Part shown: piece after piece, positions 13,101 through 25,495 of the stretch
Layout: each line of letters starts with the position of its first letter
Position numbering within the stretch: the stretch's first letter is position 1
DNA from: Hormiphora californensis
Taxonomy: Eukaryota > Animalia > Ctenophora
Reading direction: 5' to 3'
NCBI GenBank assembly: GCA_020137815.1
Contig: CM035361.1
Location: forward strand, 930,001 to 994,000
DNA length: 64,000 bases
Position numbers and translations under genes: made by a program
Notes under the pieces: model-generated
The model's database searches: none
Told to the model about the DNA's origin: nothing
Seen by the model: only the letters and a program-made list of their open reading frames with translations

Positions 13101-15472
13101 AACGACAGTGGTTTGATCTGGTATTGTCTGAGTTGTGCTGTTTTTGGCTGAATTCTGGGGGTTATGTAAACTTGTAGTGTCCCATATTGACCCTCAATCG
13201 ATCGAATCTTTACATCAAGGCGAGTTGTGTTCGCCTGACATCTGAAATAAAACGAGAATTTACAAAAAATCTCAAATTACGCTCCCGGGGAATACAGTCA
13301 ACTCTCAATCAATCCTCGATTAACATGCAACTAACTCTTGTATTCACTCCCGATAATCCAGTTGCTACTCAAAAGTATCTACTGACCGATATGTCGCCAG
13401 GATGAAATTCTTGTCCTCAGGATTGCAGGAGCTGTGTGAGACTACTGCTGAGTTCCTCTCAACATCCAACAGGTCAATCGGTACATCACACTGCGAGAGA
13501 GGGGTAACCACTAGGTGAGATTAACAACAAGAATAAGTAATAGTTCTCTGGAAAAGTTAAACGAAAAAGACGAGTCCAGTGATAAAGTATCCTGATCAGG
13601 ATATCACTGCAGTATTGATCACTGATTAAAATATCGGGCCGGTACCAACCTGAACTAAAACGTTCTCAATAGGCATTTGGATCTCGATAGAAAGAAGGTA
13701 GTTTGCATCTGTTGGACTCAGCACAAACTTGTCATTGACATGGAACTTTAGGACAGCGCTCACAGCAGAGTCAGAAGAGGCAGATTGTTGGTACTTTTCA
13801 CGCTCTGAGACAACTTGCCTGAAAGGAAACAATGAGTTAGGGACATTATTAGGGGACAACTTGCCAAACAGATAATACGGAATATTATTTGGAGATCAAA
13901 TAGATTTGGAACACCCAATACTAAGATATACTGAAACAGTACATCTGACTACTACTTGATAGTAAGAATAAGATATATATTAGATAGCTACCACTTCTCA
14001 CCGTTTCAGATCCTCTATTTCCCTTTTGAAATCCTCAACTTTAGTTTTAGTGCTACTACTGACTACTGCAGCCCCGGTGTGAGACCGTGCCTTGGGCTCT
14101 GTTGTCAGGCTTATCACATGTCCGGGGTAGGTTGATATTACCACATCTAGGAAGGGGGGAGTTAGTAACTTTATCACAGGTTCAATCTCTTATAATTATT
14201 GAAGTTTGTACATCTTGTACGGTCGTTGTTCAACTTAGTATACATATGAGTCACTGTTTTGTTCTAACTCTCCTTTACAACCGCTGCGGGGCACGATGGA
14301 TAGTGAAGGTCGAACAAAGCAACGAGTTACTGTTGCACCACCTACCTGGATGGCTTGTCGACCCAATAAGACCGGTACCCACTGCAGTTATTGTTTCTGA
14401 GACATTGGCTGACGTGATCTTTTTAGGTTGACCCTACAGAGAGAAGCAAGGTTGATCATATGAAGCAGATTGTGAACTGAAATTTGAAAATCGACAATAA
14501 AATTTAGAATCATAAATGTAATATCAATTACCTACCTCAGTTATAGAGTAGATTTCCACGTTTCCGTCATCCCGTGATATTACAACATCACTGATTCCAT
14601 CGCCAGTAATATCGTAAGAATCGATGGCAGTGATACCGCCCATACCTCCTGGGTTGGGAATCTCCCACCTGAGAAGGGGGGGTTTAGTTGTGTGAGGTGG
14701 GAAAAGTGGACAGCGATCAGGGTCTAACTAGGCAAAAAAGAAAGGGGTGGAGAAGTTAGAAAAGATGTGAGTGAGAGGTAAAGTACCTGTGACAGGGATT
14801 ATCTTTATTGATTGTAACAAGTCCTACCAGCCCATCCTGTGTTCCATAAAGTAGATTATTATGTCCATACCCACTCATAACATCATACAATGCCAGAGTT
14901 GAGGGCGCCCCTGGAACCTCCGCCTCGTACAGCAGATCATTCCCAGCAAGAACTCTGAGAACACGATCCTGACATCCAAGAACAGGAATCACCTCCTGAG
15001 CATCGTTTGGTATCCCACAAATATCATTTATTTTGTCAGATGACAGGTAGAAATGGGTGTCTTTGCAGTTGCGATACATGTTGTAAATGTAGTGTCCTGT
15101 GATGTGTAAATCTGCACCCCATACATGCATACTTTTGATCGAGTCCGATAGGTTTGTCTCAAACATGAGGAACTGCTTTCCTTTCTTTGTAAAACCTCGG
15201 ACTTCCGAGTTTGTCGCTAGGAAGATCTTTTCTCTGAGCGATCCAAGAGCACCGCCAAGCTCCACTCGGTCGATCCTATTTCCAGGGAGCGTCTTGAAAT
15301 CAACAACTGCATCACTTTTTCTAACTTGAAAGCACGTTAAGATGCCATTGTGATCACCAACCGCAATTCGTTGTTGGAGTTTCTTGCCCGGTGGGTTTGG
15401 GAGGACTTTGAGGCATTTATGAGACGTTGAGCCAACTGTCATGTGATCCACACGGGACAAACTGATCTCCAT
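10127..15472 (-). CDS. BBS7: Bardet-Biedl syndrome 7 protein (BBSome subunit), about 12 exons
   Basis: Exon 1 (15472-14787) [14 protein letters not shown]...[11 protein letters not shown]...[16 protein letters not shown]...[17 protein letters not shown] parallels the BBS7 N-terminus. Terminal exons give [23 protein letters not shown]|[11 protein letters not shown]...IDFFEIAAS*. Confidence 0.95.
11223..11974 (+). CDS. Nested secreted ~170-aa F-type lectin / F5/8 type C (discoidin)-like protein; exons 11223-11461, 11604-11766, 11864-11974; antisense within a BBS7 intron
   Basis: Signal-peptide-like [16 protein letters not shown], then ASQ...NVVDGN...WLKLNL...VGTVAIVNR...CG...C...MNLAEIFVY. All junctions are GT-AG and phase-compatible. 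Confidence 0.75.
12604..12732. repeat. 14-bp minisatellite (ATTACCAGCTACTA) x ~9 in a BBS7 intron next to a splice donor
   Basis: Direct inspection. Confidence 0.95.
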
Positions 15473-16668
15473 GATGATGTTTAACAAACGACTAGAAAAT
15501 CATCAGAAAATACATCAGGAAACTAAAAGTTTTGACATGGCGAAAATGAAAGTGTTTTCGGAAAATTCTAGTGCAAGCCCAAAAAAAATAAAATAAGGTG
15601 GAATTTTTGACTGGAGTTTTCAACTGTGGAAAAGATTCATACAAAAACATACAAAAATAATAATTTTACGTATTTCTATCCCGTGTCCAGTTTTTGAAAC
15701 TTGCAAAGTTCAAACCCCGTGAGGAAATACCGTAAAGAGCATTCATATTCTTTTAGTCTAGTCGTTGAACACTTCTTCAGTTTGGAAACTTCCAGATCAA
15801 CCTTTCTCACGCGCATGCGCCAAATCCTAAGACTTCAGTAATTCTTTGAATTGACATCTACATGTTTAGTGCCGGTAGGAAATTAGGATTGCAAATCACC
15901 CAATCAAAATCAAGAACGGCATCTCTTGAAACGCGGGCCGATTTAAAATAAAACGAAAATTCAAAGCATACTCGGAAATTTATCACGCAGACCGTGTGCC
16001 ACCGCGCGTAAAATCAGACAATTGTATGCTTGTCGCATTGGAAAATGATTCAATGCAAGGATCGTACAATGTTTATGCAGACCTTTCACGACCGCGATCA
16101 ATCGTGCACTGTTGACTCGTGCTGATCGGCTTGATAATTGTTGACAACCTCTCTCTTCTCTCCAACTCTCTCTCTCTCTCTGTTCCGCTGACTCTGGCTC
16201 CCTTGCTCGCCTCTGCTTCTCTCTTCCACCCTCTATGTCTTTTGTATTCCCTGACTCTCGTTGCCGTTGTCGTCGTTTGGTTATTACCATATATTCCAAA
16301 CTCCTATCCATTACCTAATTTCCTTCCGATCTTAACCACCTTCATTATGTTTGTATAATGAAAAAACAGGATAAGTGTAGTTAAATCAATAGAGGATGGT
16401 TGGAGGTGTTACATATCATGAAGAGGAAGTTGAGGATAATTCGTTTAATTGAGAGCTTTATCATTTTGTATGAAAACAGGTAAGTGAGCTCCCGGCTGGA
16501 TCGAGGTGTAAGTGACGTATCATGAGAGACTGATATTCATAAATTGGCTTACTTTCTCGATGGAGAATCAGGGAAGGAGCTGTCCAACAAGGGCCCCCCA
16601 CTGACAGTGGACGTTCTTGAATTACGTGTATGCTAATGGCTTTTTTCTAGTCCTGAATGTGCGTTGTG

Positions 16669-18402
16669 GAGGAGAGATGGAGAGATGGAGAGATGGAGAG
16701 ATGGAGAGATGGAGAGATGGAGAGATGGAGAGATGGAGAGATGGAGAGATGGAGAGATGGAGAGATGGAGAGATGGAGAGATGGAGAGATGGAGAGATGG
16801 AGAGATGGAGAGATGGAGAGATGGAGAGATGGAGAGATGGAGAGATGGAGAGATGGAGAGATGGAGAGATGGAGAGATGGAGAGATGGAGAGATGGAGAG
16901 ATGGAGAGATGGAGAGATGGAGAGATGGAGAGATGGAGAGATGGAGAGATGGAGAGATGGAGAGATGGAGAGATGGAGAGATGGAGAGATGGAGAGATGG
17001 AGAGATGGAGAGATGGAGAGATGGAGAGATGGAGAGATGGAGAGATGGAGAGATGGAGAGATGGAGAGATGGAGAGATGGAGAGATGGAGAGATGGAGAG
17101 ATGGAGAGATGGAGAGATGGAGAGATGGAGAGATGGAGAGATGGAGAGATGGAGAGATGGAGAGATGGAGAGATGGAGAGATGGAGAGATGGAGAGATGG
17201 AGAGATGGAGAGATGGAGAGATGGAGAGATGGAGAGATGGAGAGATGGAGAGATGGAGAGATGGAGAGATGGAGAGATGGAGAGATGGAGAGATGGAGAG
17301 ATGGAGAGATGGAGAGATGGAGAGATGGAGAGATGGAGAGATGGAGAGATGGAGAGATGGAGAGATGGAGAGATGGAGAGATGGAGAGATGGAGAGATGG
17401 AGAGATGGAGAGATGGAGAGATGGAGAGATGGAGAGATGGAGAGATGGAGAGATGGAGAGATGGAGAGATGGAGAGATGGAGAGATGGAGAGATGGAGAG
17501 ATGGAGAGATGGAGAGATGGAGAGATGGAGAGATGGAGAGATGGAGAGATGGAGAGATGGAGAGATGGAGAGATGGAGAGATGGAGAGATGGAGAGATGG
17601 AGAGATGGAGAGATGGAGAGATGGAGAGATGGAGAGATGGAGAGATGGAGAGATGGAGAGATGGAGAGATGGAGAGATGGAGAGATGGAGAGATGGAGAG
17701 ATGGAGAGATGGAGAGATGGAGATGGAGAGATGGAGAGATGGAGATGGAGAGATGGAGAGATGGAGAGATGGAGATGGAGATGGAGATGGAGATGGAGAT
17801 GGAGATGGAGATGGAGATGGAGATGGAGATGGAGATGGAGATGGAGATGGAGATGGAGATGGATAGATGGAGATGGAGATGGAGATGGAGATGGAGATGG
17901 AGATGGAGATGGAGATGGAGATGGAGATGGAGATGGAGATGGAGATGGAGATGGAGATGGAGATGGAGATGGAGATGGAGATGGAGATGGAGATGGAGAT
18001 GGAGATGGAGATGGAGATGGAGATGGAGATGGAGATGGAGATGGAGATGGAGATGGAGATGGAGATGGAGATGGAGATGGAGATGGAGATGGAGATGGAG
18101 ATGGAGATGGAGATGGAGATGGAGATGGAGATGGAGATGGAGATGGAGATGGAGATGGAGATGGAGATGGAGATGGAGATGGAGATGGAGATGGAGATGG
18201 AGATGGAGATGGAGATGGAGATGGAGATGGAGATGGAGATGGAGATGGAGATGGAGATGGAGATGGAGATGGAGATGGAGATGGAGATGGAGATGGAGAT
18301 GGAGATGGAGATGGAGATGGAGATGGAGATGGAGATGGAGATGGAGATGGAGATGGAGATGGAGATGGAGATGGAGATGGAGATGGAGATGGAGATGGAG
18401 AT
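16669..18402. repeat. 1.7-kb compound microsatellite: (GGAGAGAT)n to ~17770, then (GGAGAT)n
   Basis: Direct inspection; it explains all the 600-aa ORFs here. Confidence 0.98.
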
Positions 18403-19486
18403 TCTGGGTTTGGGAAGGGAGGGGGATGCGGAGGGGGGAGGGGTGTGGTAGTAGTGGATGTTTGTGTGGGGTGTCTGTGTGAAGGGTGAGCAATGCTCAC
18501 TGAGCATGTGTGGGTCACCATGAACTGATTTGTAATCTCTAAATTAGGCGATCTAATTTAGGCCCTACCCAGTACCCCACATCAGCGGAGAAAACCTTAC
18601 TCTCGTTAATTAAGCTCTCATATTTCAAGAAACTTTTCAATAAGAAACTTTTTTCTAGGAAACTTCAAGTGTAAGCAATCCAAAAACAAAAAGAATTTTT
18701 TCTATATCAAGAAACTAAACAAGTTGGGGGTGTTCTATTTTGTTGTGGTGTCTCTGAATTGTGTGATTTACATTTGAAAAGTTTCTTTTAAAAAAGTTTC
18801 TCACTAAAGCGTTTCTTAAAAATCGAGAGTAAGGTATATCTAAAAAGATGATGACAGTAGATAAATGTAGGATTTCCTAAAACCTGCTCCCAACCTCCGT
18901 ACTGATATCTAATCTCTTCATTAGGCCCTACCTCTCCACGTCCCAACAACCGATAAAAAACTAAATAGATGTTGGATGTCCCTAAACCTGCTCCCATCCT
19001 TTGTACTGACTACTGATATATTCTCTCCTCATGCAGGGTCGAGACAGTGATATCTATTTGTTTGGAATATGACCAGATAGTATATGGGATCGCCTCATAA
19101 CAAGCACAAAGCTGACAAAAAGCCCAGGACCAGTACACGATATTTAAATTAACCCTGTGCGATAGAAATTGGTAAGTCTCGTTAAAGTCAGAGTAGACAG
19201 AAAAAGAATTGTACAAGCTTGATTGATGTAATAGAGCAGAACTCTCCGAGTATTTTCACTTTTCCCGCTCTGAAAAGATACATTCCTCGCTCTATTATAT
19301 TTGTTACCAGGGGGCTGGAACTCTATCTCGCTATGTTCTGTGGGCACTGGGCCCAGTGTCAAAGTATCTCAACCCGACTAGGAGCCTGAGTTTTATTAAA
19401 AATTTGACTAGGAAGGAAACAAATGTTTCTGTTTTAATACATAATTAAGTTTTAACACATTGATTAATTAACTAGATTATTGTATA

Positions 19487-19658
19487 CAGTCGGACCCCGA
19501 TTTAACGGCACCCTCGGGGGAAAGGGTTTTGTCCGTTAAATCGGGGTGTCCGCTAAATCGGGGTCAAATATGGTTGATTTTCTATATCGGGGGAAGATTA
19601 TGCTGCCGTTAAATCGGGGTGCCGCTAAATCGGGGGCCGTTAAATCGGGGTCCGACTG
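19487..19658. mobile_element. MITE family B (CAGTCGGACCCCGATTTA TIRs, internal AAATCGGGG repeats), TA duplication
   Basis: TA|CAGTCGGACCCCGATTTAACGG...CCGTTAAATCGGGGTCCGACTG|TA; related copy at 33836-34007. Confidence 0.92.
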
Positions 19659-19704
19659 TAATAACAAAAGGTTAAATTTAAAAAAAGTAATGACTAAGAT
19701 TTTT

Positions 19705-19776
19705 GTCAAACCTGGGGATCGAACCCGAGTCGCCTGCTTGACAGGCGAGAATTGTACCACTCGACCACCAAGCTTC
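19705..19776 (-). pseudogene. tRNA-Asp(GTC)-like pseudogene or SINE head
   Basis: Minus strand reads TGGTCGAGTGGT (A box) ... CTCGCCTGTCAAGCAGG ... GGTTCGATCCC (B box). Acceptor and anticodon stems are imperfect. Confidence 0.55.
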
Positions 19777-20062
19777 TGCCATTGGGACAATTCAGCGCTG
19801 TATATAATGTTTAGATCTCTAGTCTACAAAGCATGACTTTTCAGCAATTAGCTTATGGTGCGCTGCGGGATCCCTGACTAGCACATGATACCTCCTAGGC
19901 TCCCTCTCTACCTACTAGAGATCCTGACAACGATGAGAGAGATCTCACACATATGCATTGACAAGCGTTCTTCTATGATATTTTGATGCTATCAGTGTCA
20001 TGTTACAACACACTGGAATGAATAAAGAGAGAGAAAAATTATGAAAGTAAAAAGTAAGCCAA

Positions 20063-20135
20063 ATCACCCCATCCGGATTCGAACCCAGACCATCGGGGTG
20101 AGAGTCCATGGTGTAACCACTACACCACCGATGGA
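20063..20135 (-). pseudogene. tRNA-Glu(CTC)-like pseudogene or SINE head
   Basis: Minus strand reads TGGTGTAGTGGTTA (A box) ... ACTCTCACC ... GGTTCGAATCC (B box). Stems are imperfect. Confidence 0.5.
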
Positions 20136-20507
20136 AAATGGAAGTGGTGAAAATCAGAGTTCTCCAAATCAGAGAAAATACAAAGATGGTGATTTGAATA
20201 GAAGTTTGTCACCCCTAACTACATTGTTTTTTAAAATTTGCTACAACAGTAATATACCATTTTCTTAATTTCTCACTATGATTTTCACATTTTAGAAATT
20301 TGACTAGATGTTTTGGCGATAAAATTGACTAGCAGCCAGGATCCCTAGATACCCGAACTTTGACACTGGGGCACTGGGCGTGTATGCCCGAACAGTGAAC
20401 CTGCCCCGCCGTGTGTATAATAGAGAGCAATTTCACAGCGAGGAATGTATCATTGTATCTTTTGAGAGCGGGAAAAATGGAAAATACTCGGAAAGTTATA
20501 TGCTTTA

Positions 20508-20661
20508 AAGTCGGATTTTTTGAAGTTGTCACCCCCCCCGTTTCGTGCGCGGAATGTTTTTGTGCGTCACATCACATGTTAACGTGTGGTGTGCGCGTCA
20601 AAATTGATAAATTTCACATGCGCAGTCATTTTGGGGTGACAACTTCAAAAAAATCCGACTC
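20508..20661. mobile_element. MITE family C (~28-bp TIRs AGTCGGATTTTTTGAAGTTGTCACCCC), TA-flanked
   Basis: Inverted termini at 20509-20535 and 20633-20660. Confidence 0.8.
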
Positions 20662-20819
20662 TACTACCTCAATCAAGCTTCTCCAATTCTGCTTCTGTCC
20701 ACTCTCACTTCAATGCGTACGTCAGTATTCCCCACTGACCGGCTTCCTTCATTCATAGCTGTGACATGCATAACTAGAACTGTGACGTGTGTATGTGTGT
20801 GTGTTTATAACTGTGTCAA

Positions 20820-23800
20820 TATTCTCTAATGGTTACAAAGTGTTCAGACTGGATCGCTGTGCTGCTACCCATCCCTTTGACCCCGATCAACCCAGGAAGT
20901 TTAGGGCCAACGGTGGTGGGGTGCTCATAGCGCATAGGGAAGACCTTTCTCTTTCTAGTTATAAGTTTGACCGCTTTAGTACCCAGGCAGAGATTCTCAG
21001 TGTTGTTTTCAACTGTAGTACCAACATCAGTTTCTGTATAACCACCTTTTACCGTGTTAGTTCGTTAACATCTGTTAACCTGTCCAATGTTAAAAGTTAT
21101 TTGTTGAATCTGGCCAAAACCAGGAGTTTCAAGCGGCATTTCTTAGTCGGTGACTTCAACCTACCAGGGATCTCCTGGCCCGATGGCACCACTAAGAATG
21201 CTCTTGAAAGTGAGTTCGTTGACTTTCTCTGTGGTGAACTAGGTCATTCCCAGATGGTTATGTCCCCTACACATGTCTCTGGTAACACATTAGATTTGTT
21301 GTTCACCAACTGCCCGGATCTCGTTGGTCAGTTGTCAGTTTGTGATGTGAATGAGGTGTGTTGTTCTGATCACTACGGGCTGAGATTTAATATAAATCTA
21401 AGTTTCAACCGTAGTAGCCGTCCTGCCAGATTTCGTTATGATTTTAGAAAGTTCGACCCCATTCCACTGAATGTCGCCCTTGGCATGGTGAACTGGGATC
21501 GGCTTATCAGTGTTAATATCAACGATTCCTGGGAGAATGTGAGGAGAGTGATTGTTAGTCTGTGTGAGAAGTACATCCCCAAGAAGCGTGTGAGAAACCC
21601 TTTCACCCCGTCGTGGCATGATGATCGTGATGTGGTGAGAGCTAGAAACAGGAAGGAGACCCTGAGATCTCGTCTCAGTGGCAACCCCTCTCCTGAGAAT
21701 AAGACAGCTTATTATGTGGCTAGAAAAAACCTAAAGAGGGTTATCTCATCTAGAATGAACGACTATTTTGATGTTGATTCTGGGTGTGGTATCACCAAGA
21801 GGTTCTGGTCTCATATTAAGTTGTCCAGTAAGACCCTGCGGATCCCCGAGAGTGTGTTTAGTGACGGTGTGTATAGGTCTGATCCCTCTGGTAAGGCGAA
21901 CCTGTTCAACAACCATCTTGTCTCACATTTCACTGCTCCTAGTAGCTACGATATTGAGGTAGATGTGTCTGAGAGCTCAGTGTTCTTTACCTATAACGAA
22001 GTGTATACTGCCCTTGCATCTATTGATAGTTCTAAGGCCTGTGGGGATGATGGGATACCTGGCAGAGTCCTCAAAAACTGTGCTGGGTCTCTCACTTACC
22101 CCCTCTGGTTACTGTATAACATTTGTGCGAGGGAGGGTACATTTCCCGACGCTTGGAAGCTTGCCTCAATAGTACCTGTCTTTAAAAAAGGAGATCGGAG
22201 AGACGTGGCTAACTATAGACCCATATCTCTACTTTCTCTTGTTTCTAAGGTCCTAGAGAGGCTTGTCAAGCCTAGGATTCTAGATATATGTTCCCCTCAC
22301 CTAGACCCCCGTCAGCATGGTTTTCTAGGAGGTAGATCCTGTACCACACAACTTATTCCATTCACCCACAATGTGGCAGAAGCATTAGACGCGAGGGCAA
22401 GGGTAGATGTTGTATACTTTGACTTCTCCCGTGCCTTCGATTCTTGTAATCATGATCTGATACTGAGTAAGCTGAAGCTGGGTTTTGGTGTGGGTGGTCA
22501 GTTGCTGGGACTCATTAGGAGCTACCTGAAGGATAGATGTCAGAAAGTTGTTATTGATGGTGGGAGCTCTGATATCCTTCCGGTGGCCTCTGGTGTACCC
22601 CAGGGATCCATCTTAGGTCCTGTATTGTTCGTCCTGTTTATTAATGATATATTTAACTTAACGTCACCTGGGACTAACATCTCCCTGTACGCTGATGACA
22701 CCAAGATATGGCGCAGAATAGACAGTATGAGTGATCATTTTGAACTTCAGAAGTCAATTGATGCCTTGTATGATTGGTCAATTCGGAGCATGATGCGGTT
22801 TCATCCAGCTAAGTGCCAGGTTCTGAGTGTCATCAGCCCTACCACACAGTCATCTAACCCTTTCAGTAGCCTCCCCTTCCACAAGTACTTCTACTCTCTT
22901 GGAGGGGTGGCTCTGGAGTATGTCACTAACCAACGTGACCTGGGTATTGTCATCAACAGCACTTTAGATTTCAACTCCCACTGTGACTCTATTATCACAT
23001 CCATGTCGTTTAAGTTCAACCTGCTCCGCAGGACTTGTTATTTCCTCAGTAGGAGTTCTTGTAAGAGAACACTGTATCTGTCCATGGTGAGGTCGTTAGT
23101 TGAGCACTGTAACCAGGTCTGGTCGTGTGTGAATGCTGGTAGTCTGAGGTCACTTGAACTGCTGCAAAAACGGGTTGTGAAATGGATCAGAAATGAACCA
23201 CTTGCCTCGTATACAAATGACGAGTATGTGGATCATCTGCTGAGTTTGAACCTTCTCCCGTTTAAGCAGCTGTTCGAGTTTTACGATCTTAGATTGTTTT
23301 ACAAGATTGTGTATGGTATGATTAGCATCACTGTCCCTCAGTACATTCAACCGATCAACCCCAGCACACTCAGAGCCACCCGTCAGAATAGTGACATTCG
23401 TGAGGGTCGTGACAAAACGACTCTAGTGTTCATGTCTGCCTACCACACGAACACTCATAGGGCTCTTAGGACTAGCTTTTTTCACCGAGTCACTGATTTG
23501 TGGAATAAGCTGCCCTACTCTATCAGACAGAGTGATTCACTGACTGAGTTTGTCCGTCTCACTAAGAAACACCTGATTGAGTCCATTGTACCCAGTAACG
23601 TTCTCTAGTACACAATACACCTCCCCTCCCCCTACCCCTCCCCCTACCCCTCCCCACTCTGTTCATGTTCACAGTCCGAGATATGAGGCCTGCTCCACCC
23701 TCGGGATAGCCGCCCAGTCCACCAGGTATTTTCTACCCCCTCTCTTTAGTACTTCAATTACCGTGACGAGGCTTTTGCAGTATTTTACTAGCCTTCTATC

Positions 23801-24012
23801 TAGATTTCAGGGCCCCTTAGCTGCAGCAGACGCTGTGTGGGGTCCTTAGTGTGTACGGTTCTGATGTGTGTATTGATTTCTTTGCCTTTGTAAGTATACC
23901 TAAAATAGTTCTTCCCAGTAAAAAAAAATTAATTGTCACTGAAAAGATAGTAATGTTGTTACTGTCCGAGTTATCTAGCTTATTCGGGTTTATAAATAAA
24001 AATATCAATATC
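20820..24012 (+). mobile_element. 5'-truncated CR1-group LINE with open APE-endonuclease/reverse-transcriptase ORF2 (to 23608), 3' UTR stem-loop and AATAAA + (AATATC)2 tail
   Basis: APE motifs GGGVLIA, LVGDFN, LDLLFT, SDH; RT motifs YRPISLL, QHGF, DFSRAFD, GVPQGSILGP, YADD. The N-terminal APE motifs are missing. Hairpin GGGCCCC...GGGGTCC at ~23810-23846. Confidence 0.92.
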
Positions 24013-25297
24013 CCCTAAAACAAATGAAATTTTCATTTGTTATTGGGGATATTTCTTTGAAAAGGGAGCAAGTTTACGGGTGTGGTTGTACCATAGTTTT
24101 GTGTTAGGACTATCCACTATAACTGTGTTACTGTTATTGTAAACTTAAATTGTAAATTGTTTTTTCCATTTCAGTAACTGAAGGAGCTGCTAGTGCAAAA
24201 CTATATGTGGAGGACTACAAAATATATATATAGAGGACTACAAGTGCAAGTGCAGTACAGTGCAAGGGGATCGCTAGTGTCTAATGAAGCCGGTTTATCA
24301 ATTATTGGCGTAATGACGTGGCTGCTCTGACTTACGATGACATTGAATCTGGTATTAATAAAGATTTGACTCTACAAAGACCATAAAAAGGCCATGGACT
24401 CTATATTCTAAAATACTCGAAGCTTATAAGAAGAGTCATACGACATACGGGCTGTGATTGTGGCTGTGATGAGCTGTCGAGGTGAGAGGACATGTAGATT
24501 TCATGGGTGTAAAGTAACTGTGAAAGTTGTGTTTTCTCCTTTTGGTCGGGATACGAACTGAATAGGGTTTTATTGTAGAACAACGCTACGTTCTACAATA
24601 TGATATCAAAATTAAAACCCGTCGAATACTCTAGTACTCATTTCATAAAGCTGGTCAGTGGTCCAGATCCGGCCGGAAGGAGAAAACACAGCTTCCTCGT
24701 TAATTATGCGGCTAATCAACAATTTTCTCTCAATAGCTGAGAAACTGATACTGATAGTTCCCATAATTTATGTGAAAAATGCGGATCTGTGTGTTATATT
24801 TATAATTATCAACTGCCATGCTATTCATTATCATATTTTAAATTTTGTTACCTTGTTTATAAAACTAAAAGATGTTTATAATTTGACTCCCTACACTGGC
24901 GAAAAAAGGAAGATGCTACTGGTTCAAAGTTTCAAACATTGTTTGGTAATGTCATGTCATGTTTTTGTTCATCAGCAAGCTGCCGTCTGCCCTGGTAAAT
25001 TGACGCCAGGGCGCGAATGTTTGTCTGTTTGTCTGTGACTTGATGGGAGAAACGGCTGACGCGGAGATCAACTCTGTGGAAATTTGGCGCGAGATTTCAC
25101 GGCGCGCACGTCGTATGAAAGGTCGAGCACAAGGTCTGACCAGTCACGTGACCACTGCGCGTCGTTGAACCGCCGTTGAGCCGCAGCGCGAAAAAAAGTG
25201 CTGACATTGACCGGACCTTGTGCTCGACCTTGTGCTCGACCTTCATGTGCTCGACCTGAACATTTCCGAGTATGCTCATTTCATTTCAAAAGACGCT

Positions 25298-25359
25298 TTT
25301 GGCATGCGCTGCAGACCCCAAGTGCGCGCGTTTTCCACGGCCTGTAGCATAGGCCAAAA
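25298..25359. repeat. ~60-bp imperfect hairpin element also present in the 5' region of the LeuRS gene
   Basis: TTTGGCATGCGCTGCAGACCCCAAGTGCGCGCGTTTTCCACGGC-CTGTAGCATAGGCCAAA, identical to 38386-38429 + 38585-38602. Confidence 0.85.
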
Positions 25360-25495
25360 GACGCTTCGGTTCAAAAAGTTAAAGAAGATTTTGTTTCCTT
25401 TTCAGTGCTCTCGGCTCTCGCCTTCACACCGGCTTGCTGCTGAGCTTTCATCTTTGCTCTGGATTATTTCTCTATTTTGTACTCAATCTATAGAA

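Larger units (their letters stand above)
19240..20497. mobile_element. Diverged inverted-repeat-bounded block (~125-140-bp arms) enclosing a MITE and two tRNA-like heads
   Basis: 19245 TCCGAGTATTTTCACTTTTCCCGCTCTGAAAAGATACA...CCCAGTGTCAAAGT is the approximate reverse complement of 20357-20495. Confidence 0.6.

Noticed and set aside
16340-16500. Possible non-coding exons with donor AAAACAG|GTAAGT divergent from BBS7
   Set aside because: Splice-like motifs only; no ORF or partner exon can be supported without transcripts.
16617-18521. Several 400-624-aa ORFs ([16 protein letters not shown] repeats)
   Set aside because: Translations of a stop-free microsatellite in all frames.
19705-20135. Functional tRNA-Asp and tRNA-Glu genes
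   Set aside because: Acceptor and anticodon stems do not pair properly; kept only as pseudogene or SINE heads.
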